A DNA stretch of 64,000 bases from Candidatus Micrarchaeota archaeon (lineage in GTDB: Archaea > Micrarchaeota > Micrarchaeia > Anstonellales > Bilamarchaeaceae): assembly GCA_043812915.1 (NCBI GenBank), contig JBDRLQ010000023.1:1582-65581 (forward strand), in the 5' to 3' direction. The position numbers and the translations under genes were made by a program. The notes under the pieces are model-generated. The model ran no database searches and was not told the DNA's origin. It worked only from the letters and a program-made list of their open reading frames with translations. Of this stretch, positions 1 to 9,070 are shown one piece after another (the first letter of the stretch is position 1; every line of letters begins with the position of its first letter).

Positions 1-164
1 CGTATTGGAGCCGGTCATCATGTATTCCCGCTGCAGCCTATCGACCCACTCTGGCTGTGGGATTCCTTCAAAACTATACATATTTATCTGTTATAGCATA
101 TGCAAAATGATGTATTTAAACCTATCGGACAGGTGTTTTAAACTGTCCTATATAATGTATTTTC

Positions 165-959
165 ATGAGAGGACTAATTCGCACGAGAAGATTCGCCAGG
201 AGGGCCGCTGCCGCGGTGGCCATTACGGCAGCCCTGACCGGATTCTGCGGGTGCGGACTGTTCGCGAGTGAGCCGATGAGGCTGGATATCGCCAGCATGG
301 ACACCGTCAGAGCAAAGCAGCTCGGGTTCAAAAGGGGAAAGACCTCTGTAGAACAGGCAAAGGCGATGATGGAAAAGAGGAAGATGACCGGGATAGTGCT
401 GGAATCATACGCAGCTCCGGGAAAAAACCTCTTCGACATCCTTGCTGCGGATTACCAGGAGCAGATTCACGTTTTCAAGAACATGAGTTATGAGGGCAGC
501 ATAACCCTTCGCACAAAGGGAGTTCCCCCATACGGGTTTGGCATCAGGCTCGCAGAGACTAAAGGAAGGCTGGCGCTCTTAGTCCTTTATCGGGACCCGC
601 TGGACAACGCCATTCATGTGGATTTCGGGATGAAGGCTCAGCCGCCAAGAATCGATGTCTATCTGCGCACATCCAAGGGCTGGGCGCGCGAGGGGGGCTA
701 TTCCCTGGGCAAGATGGCAGAATCCCACGGTGGTCTCACCGACCCGCTTTTTGTCGGCCACAGCCTGGATGACGGAATCACGTTCATAGCAAGGAACCTG
801 AAAGGGACTGCCTGGAGCAACGGCTATTTCATTTCATTCAATGGGGAAGGGCTGCAGATAACCAAGGGCGATTCCCTTTCCACACTCACACATGGATGCT
901 CATGTGTAAGGAGGCACTTCGGCCTGACTGAAATTGGCGAAGAAGCAAGGACGGAATGA
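165..959 (+). CDS. hypothetical lipoprotein
   Basis: 264-aa ORF. N-terminus MRGLIRTRRFARRAAAAVAITAALTGFCGC has a basic n-region, a hydrophobic core and a lipobox-like Cys. No catalytic motif recognised. Confidence 0.45.
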   Translation: MRGLIRTRRFARRAAAAVAITAALTGFCGCGLFASEPMRLDIASMDTVRAKQLGFKRGKTSVEQAKAMMEKRKMTGIVLESYAAPGKNLFDILAADYQEQIHVFKNMSYEGSITLRTKGVPPYGFGIRLAETKGRLALLVLYRDPLDNAIHVDFGMKAQPPRIDVYLRTSKGWAREGGYSLGKMAESHGGLTDPLFVGHSLDDGITFIARNLKGTAWSNGYFISFNGEGLQITKGDSLSTLTHGCSCVRRHFGLTEIGEEARTE

Positions 960-960
960 G

Positions 961-1665
961 TCACCAAATGCCCGGAACAAGCCTGTATCTCACTTTCTTA
1001 ATATACTCCTTGTAGCCGGAGAGCTCCTTCTGCAGGGTGCCATCCTCCATGTAAGTCCTTCCCAAGATGAAAATTGCGGCTAACGCCCCGGGAATGAAAC
1101 CAATCGCGGAGCCGACGATAAAAGGCCCGGAGAAAGCCCAAAGGATTGTCCCGACATACCCCGGGTGCCTGACAATAGCATAAGGCCCGGTTGAAATCAC
1201 CGTGTGCTTTCTCTCCTTCTGTATCCGCACTGTCATCTCAAAGTGCGGATTCTCGGTCATGGACCAGATTAGGAAAACCATGGAGCCAAGGAAAAGCAGG
1301 ATTCCGGGAAAAACGAACTCAGGTCCAAGGTCGCTCCAGAAGTACCTGCCCACATCAAGGCCCATCACGATTGTCTGGATGTAGAATTGCATGATTCCAT
1401 AGCCGATGACAAAGAACCAGTCCCAGATTTTCGTCCCCTTGTTCTTGAGCCACTCCTGCCTCTCGTTTATGACGCTCGGGTTATAGATTGCAGGGATGAC
1501 TGCGGATGCCCACACATAAACAGCAGTTAGAATCATGAACAGCCAGCCGCGCGGAAGGTCCAGCGTGCCCGCTGCCAGAAAGAACATCGTCCCCATGAAG
1601 AAAGGGCTGATAAGCGACTTGATAAGGTATGTCCTTCCGGATTTGTTGAGCTTGCCCATAACCAA
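961..1665 (-). CDS. isoprenylcysteine carboxyl / phospholipid methyltransferase family membrane protein
   Basis: 234-aa multi-pass membrane ORF. C-terminal VISTGPYAIVRHPGYVGTILWAFSGPF resembles the ICMT/PEMT family signature (GPY..VRHP.Y.G). Confidence 0.6.
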   Translation of the reverse strand: MVMGKLNKSGRTYLIKSLISPFFMGTMFFLAAGTLDLPRGWLFMILTAVYVWASAVIPAIYNPSVINERQEWLKNKGTKIWDWFFVIGYGIMQFYIQTIVMGLDVGRYFWSDLGPEFVFPGILLFLGSMVFLIWSMTENPHFEMTVRIQKERKHTVISTGPYAIVRHPGYVGTILWAFSGPFIVGSAIGFIPGALAAIFILGRTYMEDGTLQKELSGYKEYIKKVRYRLVPGIW

Positions 1666-1751
1666 TGCTAAACTGTGAAACCATTAAAACATTCATTTTT
1701 TTGGCGTGCTCGCCCCAATCAGCTCCTTGTTTTTCATGGGGAGAAAAAAAG

Positions 1752-1825
1752 CGCCCCGACGGCGATTTGAACACCGAATTCAACCTCCGCAGGGTTGCGT
1801 CCTATCCAGGTTAGACTATCGGGGC
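1752..1825 (-). tRNA. tRNA-Arg (anticodon GCG)
   Basis: Reverse complement GCCCCGA TA GTCT AACCTGGATA GGAC G CAACC CTGCGGA GGTTG AATT CGGTG TTCAAAT CGCCG TCGGGGC G folds into a full cloverleaf. Anticodon loop is CT-GCG-GA and the T-loop is TTCAAAT. Confidence 0.9.
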
Positions 1826-2187
1826 AGTGGTTTAGATAGTTAGCGCATCCTCTTTTAATGATTACCTGATGCGGCCACTCTCCGTCGGTGTTTTTCATGG
1901 TTTTTAAACCTTTGCCAGGCATTTCTCTCGCCTGATCCATCCCGTATTTTTTTCTCAGGCGTAGAAAATCAGATATTTATTCTACATGAGCGTGATATCC
2001 ACGGCTCCGTTCGGTTGCCGGGATCCTGGCAACAAGGCGCATATGGTGCCGGAGGGGGACATCATGGCAAAGAAACCGAAACCGAAACCAAAGGACGATG
2101 AATAGCCTGCTCATAAAGGCTGCTGCATATTCACCCCTCATTTTTCCTTTTTTGGTCCCCAATACAAACCTCCCGATGGTGATTGAC

Positions 2188-2340
2188 ATGTTCGAAGGAA
2201 TTGAAAGCTGCTCCCTGTGCAGGAAGGAATTTACCCCCCAGAGCGCGAATTTCAGGGTCGGTCTCACCGGCCACACGTTCGCCTTCTGCGACAGATGCGC
2301 CCAAAGCCGGCGCCCGGAGATACTAAGGATGCTCATGTGA
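2188..2340 (+). CDS. small CxxC...CxxC zinc-ribbon-like protein (50 aa)
   Basis: MFEGIESCSLCRKEF...FAFCDRCAQSRRPEILRMLM has two CxxC knuckles. GGTGAT Shine-Dalgarno lies 4 nt upstream of the ATG at 2188. It is the inner part of the 2098..2340 track ORF. Confidence 0.35.
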   Translation: MFEGIESCSLCRKEFTPQSANFRVGLTGHTFAFCDRCAQSRRPEILRMLM

Positions 2341-2473
2341 CCGCTCTATTGTTTGCAGGAAATGGACAAATCGGGCAACTGCACAGGTATTTAAATGTAT
2401 CCCCATTATATATTTGTCTGCACTTTTCGAGTGCTATTTTTCGTCAGAACTAACGCTATTATTAGGTGGTTTG

Positions 2474-2620
2474 TTGAAACGATGCATTACATGCGGAAAG
2501 AATACCAAGGATTTCGCGGAATTCCCGTGCCCTAGCTGCGGGGAGAAGGTTTGCAGATGCTGCTACTGCAGGGAGAATCGGAACGCATATGAGTGTTCCT
2601 GCGGCTTCGTCGGCCCATAG
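2474..2620 (+). CDS. Zn-ribbon RNA-binding protein of the family usually encoded next to aEF-1beta (COG2888-like)
   Basis: KRCITCGKNTKDFAEFPCPSCGEKVCRCCYCRENRNAYECSCGFVGP has four Cys pairs and the terminal CGF.GP. AGGTGGT SD sits just upstream. Start is TTG at 2471 or 2474 (uncertain). Immediately precedes aEF-1beta. Confidence 0.6.
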   Translation: MKRCITCGKNTKDFAEFPCPSCGEKVCRCCYCRENRNAYECSCGFVGP

Positions 2621-2629
2621 GTGGATTCG

Positions 2630-2887
2630 ATGGCAGAACTAAACGTATCGGCAACGCTCAAGATTTTTGTGGACAATCCAGCGAAGATGGACGCCGTCAA
2701 GGCCGCCATTGAGCAGGTTGTCAAGGTTCAGAAATTCGATGAAATGGACGTCGGCTTCGGAATCAAGGCCCTGAAGGCATACGTCCTCATGGCTGATGAC
2801 GAAGGGGGAATGGACAAACTCGAATCCCAGATTAAGGAAATCGACGGTGTAAGCCAGATGGAAGTCGAGGAAGTCGGCAGGATATAG
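2630..2887 (+). CDS. ef1b: translation elongation factor aEF-1 beta
   Basis: 85-aa MAELNVSATLKIFVDNPAKMDAVKAAIE...GFGIKALKAYVLMADDEGGMDKLESQIKEIDGVSQMEVEEVGRI has typical aEF-1beta length and sequence. AGGTGGA SD lies 5 nt upstream of the ATG at 2630. Confidence 0.85.
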   Translation: MAELNVSATLKIFVDNPAKMDAVKAAIEQVVKVQKFDEMDVGFGIKALKAYVLMADDEGGMDKLESQIKEIDGVSQMEVEEVGRI

Positions 2888-2896
2888 GTGGATTTG

Positions 2897-3553
2897 ATGG
2901 CAAAGAAGAAGGACAAGAAGGAAAAGAAGAACGCTAAAAAAGATATTAAAAAGAAAGAGAAAGAAAGAGAAAAAGAGGAAAGAGAAAAAGAATCGAAGCC
3001 GGCAAAGAAGCCGGAGAAGAGGGTCCCTTTGAAAGGAGATGAGAGTGAGGGCTTCAGGGGAATCGTCCGTATCGCTGGAAAGGATATCAAGGGACACGTT
3101 CCACTCAAGCGCTCATTTCTCAGGGTGCGGGGAATCAGCCATGGATTGGCAAACTCCGCCGCGTCCGTAGTCCGCTCGGAGTTGGGAATCTCCCCGGACA
3201 TGAAGGTCGGTGAGCTCACAGACGAGCAGATTGAGAAAATCGATAAGATTCTCTTCAATCTGGAGAATCACAATATACCCGTGTTCATACTCAACCGTAG
3301 GTCTGATTTTGACAGCGGAAAGCCCCGCCACGTCATCATGAACGACCTGGTATTCACAGAGAGCCAGGACGTAGAGAGGATGAAGAAGGAGTACACCTGG
3401 AAAGGGTACAGGCACGCATACGGCCAGAAGGTCCGCGGTCAGAAGACGCGGAACACTGGCAGAAAGGGTATGGCAGTCGGTGTCCTCAGGAAGGCGATTA
3501 TTGCCCAGCAGAAAGGCGCCGCCAAGAAGGATGAAAAAGGCGGCAAGAAGTAG
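2897..3553 (+). CDS. rps13: 30S ribosomal protein uS13 with K/E-rich N-terminal extension
   Basis: Core is FRGIVRIAGKDIKGHVPLKRSFLRVRGIS...WKGYRHAYGQKVRGQKTRNTGRKG. AGGTGGA SD precedes the ATG at 2897. About 50 aa of K/E-rich sequence precede the conserved core. Confidence 0.9.
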   Translation: MAKKKDKKEKKNAKKDIKKKEKEREKEEREKESKPAKKPEKRVPLKGDESEGFRGIVRIAGKDIKGHVPLKRSFLRVRGISHGLANSAASVVRSELGISPDMKVGELTDEQIEKIDKILFNLENHNIPVFILNRRSDFDSGKPRHVIMNDLVFTESQDVERMKKEYTWKGYRHAYGQKVRGQKTRNTGRKGMAVGVLRKAIIAQQKGAAKKDEKGGKK

Positions 3554-3561
3554 GTGTTCAT

Positions 3562-4206
3562 ATGGGAGATCCAAGAAGACTGAGAAATAAGTTCGACCGC
3601 CCCAAGAAGCTTTGGGAAAAGGACAGAATCAAGCACGACAAGGGCCTTAAGGCCGAGTATGGCCTCAAGAGCATGAACGAGCTCTTCGCGGTCACTGAGC
3701 ACCTCAAGAAATACAGGCGTGAGGCCAGGCGTATGCTTGCTCTTACCCATGAAGCGAGGGGGAAGGACGAGCAGAAGATTCTTGCCAAACTCGCCAGGAT
3801 GGGTGTGATGAAGCCCGGCTCCAGGATAGAGGATATCCTTGCCCTTGATGTCCGCGTATTCCTTGAGAGGAGGCTGCAGACCATCGTCCATAGGAAAGGC
3901 CTTGCAAGGACCACAAGGCAGGCGAGGCAGCTTATCACGCACGGCTTTATTTCAATCGACGGCAGGAAGAACAACACCCCCGGATATATGGTGACTGCTG
4001 ATGAGGATGCATCAATCATGTATTCGAAGCCTATCGACATCAGCGTGCCCACTGAAGAGGATGTTGCGGCTGAATCCGCTCCCAAGGCCGAAGGCGCACC
4101 TGCTGCGGCAAAGCCCGCGGAGGCGCCGGAGGAAGACGCCCCTGAAGAGGCTGCTGCAAAGCCTGCAGAGGCGGCAATGCCAGAAGAGGCGCCCAAGGGG
4201 GCTTAA
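3562..4206 (+). CDS. rps4: 30S ribosomal protein uS4 with A/E/P-rich C-terminal tail
   Basis: [41 protein letters not shown]...[33 protein letters not shown] is upstream. Confidence 0.9.
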   Translation: MGDPRRLRNKFDRPKKLWEKDRIKHDKGLKAEYGLKSMNELFAVTEHLKKYRREARRMLALTHEARGKDEQKILAKLARMGVMKPGSRIEDILALDVRVFLERRLQTIVHRKGLARTTRQARQLITHGFISIDGRKNNTPGYMVTADEDASIMYSKPIDISVPTEEDVAAESAPKAEGAPAAAKPAEAPEEDAPEEAAAKPAEAAMPEEAPKGA

Positions 4207-4216
4207 GGTGATATTT

Positions 4217-4753
4217 ATGGCTGAAAAGAAAGAAGAGAAAACCGAAGAGAAGGCCAAGAAGGCTGAGGAAAATGAGGCGCCGGCAGAGGAAGCAGAGGAT
4301 GCTCCGAATGAAGAGGCCAAGGAAGAGGCGAATGCCGAAGAGAAGCCTGCCGAAGCCACTAAGAAGAGGAGAACCAAGGTGGCAGTCGTCCATGTGTTCT
4401 CCTCCAAGAACGATACAATCATCACCGCAACAGACATCAGCGGCGCCGAGACCCTTGCGTGGGCGAGCGGTGGAATGGTCGTCAAGTCCCACAGGGAAGA
4501 GGGAAGGCCCTACGCTGCCATGCAGGCCGCGACAAGGGTAATCAACAGCCTGAAGGACAAGGGCGTATATCTAGTTCATGTGAGAATAAGGGCTCCTGGA
4601 GGAGTAGGCTCAAAGACTCCGGGCGGAGGCGCCCAGGCGGTCGTCAGGACCATCGCAAGAACCGGTGTCCGCATTGGAAGGATTGAGGATGTCACTCCGC
4701 TTCCGACAGACTCGATGAAGAGGAAAGGCGGAAGAAGAGGAAGGAGAGTATAG
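4217..4753 (+). CDS. rps11: 30S ribosomal protein uS11 with E/K/A-rich N-terminal extension
   Basis: Core is [37 protein letters not shown]...[36 protein letters not shown] precedes the ATG at 4217. The track ORF 4001..4753 extends upstream into the rps4 3' end and is not used. Confidence 0.9.
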   Translation: MAEKKEEKTEEKAKKAEENEAPAEEAEDAPNEEAKEEANAEEKPAEATKKRRTKVAVVHVFSSKNDTIITATDISGAETLAWASGGMVVKSHREEGRPYAAMQAATRVINSLKDKGVYLVHVRIRAPGGVGSKTPGGGAQAVVRTIARTGVRIGRIEDVTPLPTDSMKRKGGRRGRRV

Positions 4754-4768
4754 TCCCGAGGTTTTTTG

Positions 4769-5428
4769 ATGAACTTAGTACTGGAGAAAAAACACGAAAA
4801 CCGGATAGAGTTTTTGGTGGATGGCATAACTTCCGGGTTTGCCAACATGATACGCAGATATTCGATATCCAGGATACCAGTGCTTGCAATCGACACCGTC
4901 GTCTTCTACGACAATTCAAGCCCGTTCTGGGACGAGTACATCGCCCACAGGCTGGGCCTCATGCCGATAATAACCCCTGCGAAGACTGCGGAGGGCACAG
5001 AGGTGCTATTCTCGCTTGACGCGGCCGGCCCCAAGGTTGTTTATTCGGGAGACATGAAGAGCTCGGATGACTCCATCAAGATGGGACAGGAGAAGATAGT
5101 CATAGCCACTTTGGGCGAGAACCAGACCCTCAGGTTCGAGGGGAAGGCAGTCGTCGGCACAGCGCAGACGCATGCCAGGTTCCAGTCCGGCCTCATGGCT
5201 TACGGGGAAAAAGACGGCAAATTCAAGTTCTTCGTTGAGAGCTTCTACCAGATGACTCCGAAAGAGGTTGTCAAGAGGGGCTGCGAAGTGATTGAGAGGG
5301 ACATCGATACAGTCATCAATGGCGTATCGAAGAAGCCCAAGAAGGCGGCAACAAAGAAAACGGCCGCCAAGAAGGGGACAAAGAAGTCCACGAAGAAGAA
5401 AGAGGAAACAAAAGAAAAAGAAGAATAG
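4769..5428 (+). CDS. rpoD: DNA-directed RNA polymerase subunit D (Rpo3) with K-rich C-terminal tail; no Fe-S cluster Cys motif seen
   Basis: MNLVLEKKHENRIEFLVDGITSGFANMIRRYSISRIPVLAIDTVVFYDNSSPFWDEYIAHRLGLMPI. Position after S13-S4-S11 is the archaeal order. Confidence 0.85.
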   Translation: MNLVLEKKHENRIEFLVDGITSGFANMIRRYSISRIPVLAIDTVVFYDNSSPFWDEYIAHRLGLMPIITPAKTAEGTEVLFSLDAAGPKVVYSGDMKSSDDSIKMGQEKIVIATLGENQTLRFEGKAVVGTAQTHARFQSGLMAYGEKDGKFKFFVESFYQMTPKEVVKRGCEVIERDIDTVINGVSKKPKKAATKKTAAKKGTKKSTKKKEETKEKEE

Positions 5429-5465
5429 GTGCCCTTATCTTTTAGGGCATTTTTAAGTTTTACAC

Positions 5466-5551
5466 GCAGGGGTGACAGAGCCTGGTCAAATGTGCTAGGT
5501 TGAGGGCCTAGTCGGTTAGTCCGTGCAAGTGTTCGAATCACTTCCCCTGCA
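5466..5551 (+). tRNA. tRNA-Leu (anticodon GAG), long variable arm
   Basis: GCAGGGG...CTAGG TT-GAG-GG CCTAG TCGGTTAGTCCGTGC AAGTG TTCGAAT CACTT CCCCTGC A. Acceptor, anticodon and T arms pair perfectly, and the class II variable arm is present. Confidence 0.9.
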
Positions 5552-5595
5552 CTTTATTTTTATCCTGGAAAAGACTTAGCGTTCGCCATATCTCC

Positions 5596-6330
5596 CTATC
5601 CAAAGAGCAGGAAGCTTACTGCCCCCAAGATTGCCCCCAAGAGGGCAAAGAGCAGGTACCCGACAGGCAGGAACAGGATGACCATCCCCGAATATGAAGG
5701 ATTGAAGGAGATGAGCAAATCCCCGATAATGAAGAGGTTCAGCGCGAACGGGAAAATCAGGAAGAGCAAAGATGCTCCTATGGCAGCTTCAAGCATATCC
5801 ATGCTGTTTGCTCCGACGATGAACGCCTCCCCAAGCAATGAGAGGGCGAAAACGGCAAGCGCGGTGTAGGTGATAACCAAGGCCGCAGAGCGCCTGCCCT
5901 CCGGAACATTATCTTTCCTATAATACACGATGCGGTTTACCAGGAAGGCGATTACGATGGCCGAGGTGGGGAGGATGGAGAGCAGGGCTAGCAGGGGCAT
6001 CATGCCTTTTTCCAAGACCACTGGGATTATGGCTGCCAGGCTGGGCGACATCGCCAGCATCAGCACGAAAATGAAAACAGGCATCGCTAGCGGGACTCCG
6101 ATGATGACAAGCTCGTTGGCGAACGCGATATTCATCCTGGAGAACAGGAACAGCTTTATCCCGGCGATGATGCAGACTGCGAAAACCAGCATGAATGCCA
6201 GGTCCGGAGAAACAAGCCCTAAGATTGCGCGGTGGCTGACCGCTGCTGTCAGCATGGCCAGCATCATTAGGCAAAGCAGCATGAACCCGACCAGCTTTGA
6301 TTGCTTATTTGATAACACCGCATTTGGCAT
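5596..6330 (-). CDS. hypothetical multi-pass membrane protein
   Basis: 244-aa ORF that is almost entirely hydrophobic helices. No motif recognised. Confidence 0.5.
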   Translation of the reverse strand: MPNAVLSNKQSKLVGFMLLCLMMLAMLTAAVSHRAILGLVSPDLAFMLVFAVCIIAGIKLFLFSRMNIAFANELVIIGVPLAMPVFIFVLMLAMSPSLAAIIPVVLEKGMMPLLALLSILPTSAIVIAFLVNRIVYYRKDNVPEGRRSAALVITYTALAVFALSLLGEAFIVGANSMDMLEAAIGASLLFLIFPFALNLFIIGDLLISFNPSYSGMVILFLPVGYLLFALLGAILGAVSFLLFG

Positions 6331-6798
6331 TTATATGACCTTCATGATTTTGTCCTTGTTCACCAGCGACTCATATGCTCCGCCGGCAACAAACTCGAAA
6401 TTCGATTGGAGGAACACAATCAACTTCCCAGAGCCAAAGTCCGCCCCTCCATTGTATTCCGGGCGGATTGTCGATTTTGATACCCCCTCGATATATATTT
6501 TCCTGTGAGCCTCCATATCCATCGATGTAAACGGGGCGACTATTTCAATCTCCTTCTTCAGCCGCAACCCACCTCTGTTCACGAGTTCTTCTAGCACCCT
6601 ATATCTATATGTGACCTTTCTGAAGGGTGGGCATTTCTTCTTATCTTCATGCAGCTCAACCATCTCGACTTTCTCGAAGGGCCTCAGCCTTTCAACTACT
6701 AGGATGTAGGTCGAATGCGAAACCAGCTCCTCCAGCGAAATCTCCTGCGGCATTTCTAGCGACATCCACTTCTTATCTGCAACAAGATACTTTAACAT
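6331..6798 (-). CDS. hypothetical protein
   Basis: 155-aa ORF abutting the downstream membrane gene (its last base is 6331, the next start is 6330). Composition is protein-like. No motif recognised. Confidence 0.45.
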   Translation of the reverse strand: MLKYLVADKKWMSLEMPQEISLEELVSHSTYILVVERLRPFEKVEMVELHEDKKKCPPFRKVTYRYRVLEELVNRGGLRLKKEIEIVAPFTSMDMEAHRKIYIEGVSKSTIRPEYNGGADFGSGKLIVFLQSNFEFVAGGAYESLVNKDKIMKVI

Positions 6799-7113
6799 TT
6801 GCGCCTTCCATTGAACTGTCCTTACGGGTCAAGAAATGGCGGAATTGCCGGGTAATATGGCAGGGCGGAATTCATGAATTAGGCAGAGACGCTTTTTGAT
6901 GAATCTGAAGGCCTGGCGATGCCAATAAAGGATGATTATGGCAGGGCATCTGCCCTGAGGAAGGGTTTTCAACATGCATCCTGGCAACCTGAAAAAAGAG
7001 CAATAATGATGCTAGAAACAGTGACACTGGAGGCAAAATCAAGGACAAGAGGCCAGATCAGAAATTCATTGCGGCATTGTCTATGAATACTACCAACATC
7101 GCCATGAGGCTAA

Positions 7114-8172
7114 TCATTCGGCATTTTCTTCCTGGGCAGCCCTTCCGTCCACTCCGAACCTTCCATACCTGCCGTAATTTTCGGTCTCGTCCTGCTTTTC
7201 CAGCTCCCTTTTCACGCAGTAGCTCCTCTCGAATCCTTCAGGAAGGCGTGTTAGCCCTAGCCGCTTGAAGCTGCCGTTTTCCACATTGTGCTTCAAATGC
7301 CTGCACACCCATTCCATCCTGTGCATGCCCGGAACATCCCTCCTTTCCCAGGCCCTACGCTCCTCTTCATTGCAGTTCCCTCTCCAGTCCCAGATGAGTT
7401 CGGAATAATATACATCCAGGGATTTGAGCTGCTCATGGCTCATATTGGGCCTAAAATCACAGAGCTTCATGCTGGCGTCCATCCTGTTCTGGAAGCCGAG
7501 CAGGGTATCGAAAAGTGACGCGATGTCCTCCGCGTGCCCGATGTCCATCCTGCCCCCTGGCCTGTTGACCATGCCGACAAGGGTGACTGCCGTGTGCGGC
7601 ATGGTGTGAAGAAGCCTGTATGTGGCCGGGAACCTCTTTGGCCGCAAAGATATGGCGACCCTCCTGCCTGCAAGCAGCTTCTCATTTCGGTCTGCGAAAT
7701 TCCTGCTGGTCTCCAGGACTTCCGCTACGTTCGGGTACATAAGCGACCCGTTCGAATACTTGGCTTTCGTGAAATGCTCGATATACCCCTCCGGCGTTTC
7801 CCTGTCCGAGCCCTTCGGGCGAATCTTGTACAGCGCAATCGAGCCCTCAATCATCTCCACCAGCATCTTGTCGCTGCTAAGCCCCCTTCCTGAATCGAAT
7901 GGGGGGCCGAAGTAAGCCTCATTGAGTCGGTCGAAACACAAGTCCCAGGTTTCCTCCGGGAATGAGTTGTTCTTCTGGAATGCCTTGGAAACATCCAGGG
8001 GCTCTGTAATACGCTCCTGCGGCTCCTGCCCGTTCCCGCAGCAGAGCAGTCCTGTAATCGTCACCGGGGCGAGCATCCTGCCCGTCCAGGCGGCAATCCT
8101 TCTGGGCAATGGCACTTTGGGGGGATGGGCCTCACAGCTTTTCAGTTTCCGTGGAATACACTCGGATTTCAC
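7114..8172 (-). CDS. hypothetical protein (start uncertain: GTG 8172, leaderless, or ATG 8076)
   Basis: The long track ORF 7114..8427 overlaps the upstream gene 8232..8921. A TATAAAAC box lies about 28 nt upstream of the in-frame GTG at 8172. No family recognised. Confidence 0.45.
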   Translation of the reverse strand: MKSECIPRKLKSCEAHPPKVPLPRRIAAWTGRMLAPVTITGLLCCGNGQEPQERITEPLDVSKAFQKNNSFPEETWDLCFDRLNEAYFGPPFDSGRGLSSDKMLVEMIEGSIALYKIRPKGSDRETPEGYIEHFTKAKYSNGSLMYPNVAEVLETSRNFADRNEKLLAGRRVAISLRPKRFPATYRLLHTMPHTAVTLVGMVNRPGGRMDIGHAEDIASLFDTLLGFQNRMDASMKLCDFRPNMSHEQLKSLDVYYSELIWDWRGNCNEEERRAWERRDVPGMHRMEWVCRHLKHNVENGSFKRLGLTRLPEGFERSYCVKRELEKQDETENYGRYGRFGVDGRAAQEENAE

Positions 8173-8231
8173 GATATTCTGTAGCAAAATACGTTTTATA
8201 ATGGTATCAGAAAAAGGAGAAAAAAAGAAAA

Positions 8232-8921
8232 TCAGAGGTGGAGAAGGTATCTCTTCTCCACATTGACATACTTTCCTATATGGAATGCCTTGTCCACCGT
8301 GTTCAGCACATTGGTGAATGCCACATAGCTTCCTGCTATTCCAAGCGCGAACAGTCCGCGCTCGAAGGCTACGACCGGAATAAGCGCAAGCCAGGCCTCC
8401 GCGGGCATGGGTATGGTGTACAGCCAAACCACGCTGCCGATGCAGTGGGCGGTGAATGTCGCGCCAAGGCTTCTTAGCACCAGGTTGTCAGGAAGGAACT
8501 TCGCCGCAACTGGGATAATCCACCATAGCGCGTATATCCAAGCGGCCTGCCCGGTCGGGTGGAGCCAGAACGCGAGCATGGCAAGAACCGGCACCGCCAC
8601 CCCAAGGATGTCCTTTATTCCCCTCAGCCAGTTGCGCCCGAAATAAAGGGCTGCAAAGACCATTGGCAGGAGCCGAAGAAGGTTGATGGCTGTGATTTCC
8701 TTGCCGACAAGCACATAATCCACTATCTGGGCGCCGAGAACTGCGACGCCGCCGAAAATCCCGAGGAACCCTCCGGCAATCGGTCCGAAGAACTGGTACA
8801 ATGTGAAGAATTGGTTCTCCTGGCCTATTATCGAAGAGAAGTTAATCTGCATCCCAACAAGCGCAAGCGCCGTGAATAGCGCCAGGAACAGAAGTCCTTT
8901 TCTGGAAATGATATTATGCAT
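8232..8921 (-). CDS. hypothetical multi-pass membrane protein
   Basis: 229-aa hydrophobic ORF (..FGPIAGGFLGIFGGVAVLGAQIVDY..). No family recognised with confidence. Confidence 0.55.
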   Translation of the reverse strand: MHNIISRKGLLFLALFTALALVGMQINFSSIIGQENQFFTLYQFFGPIAGGFLGIFGGVAVLGAQIVDYVLVGKEITAINLLRLLPMVFAALYFGRNWLRGIKDILGVAVPVLAMLAFWLHPTGQAAWIYALWWIIPVAAKFLPDNLVLRSLGATFTAHCIGSVVWLYTIPMPAEAWLALIPVVAFERGLFALGIAGSYVAFTNVLNTVDKAFHIGKYVNVEKRYLLHL

Positions 8922-9070
8922 TTTTACACCTCTCGAATGAATAATCAGTACTTAGCCATACGTAAATATCTTTATTAAGGTTTTTGGCGGGCGCGGTTTC
9001 CAGGGGCGTTTCCTATATTCTTATAGGAATAATATTTTCAGAAGTAAATAAATATGGAATTTTTTCATTC

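Noticed and set aside
4001-4216. Upstream extension of the uS11 ORF (track ORF 4001..4753).
   Set aside because: The extension overlaps the 3' end of rps4 in another frame and reads as R/P/Q-rich nonsense. ATG 4217 has an AAGGTGA SD and starts a plausible E/K-rich N-terminus.
2639-4492. Long minus-strand ORFs (2639..3097, 2728..3258, 3113..3574, 3439..3942, 3558..4196, 4012..4485, 4040..4492) opposite the ribosomal protein genes.
   Set aside because: They are antisense to unmistakable uS13/uS4/uS11 genes. Their F/S/L-rich translations are the mirror image of the polypurine K/E tracts, and they have no SD or promoter signals.
8173-8427. N-terminal 85-117 codons of track ORF 7114..8427.
   Set aside because: They overlap the 3' end of the membrane gene 8232..8921 and are Cys/Arg/Gly-rich. 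A TATA box and an in-frame GTG/ATG lie downstream.
9010-9029. Perfect 8-bp inverted repeat TTCCTATA-TTCT-TATAGGAA upstream of the DUF62-like gene.
   Set aside because: It is AT-rich and embedded in TATA-like sequence, so it could arise by chance in promoter DNA. No partner site was found, so it is recorded but not promoted to a finding.
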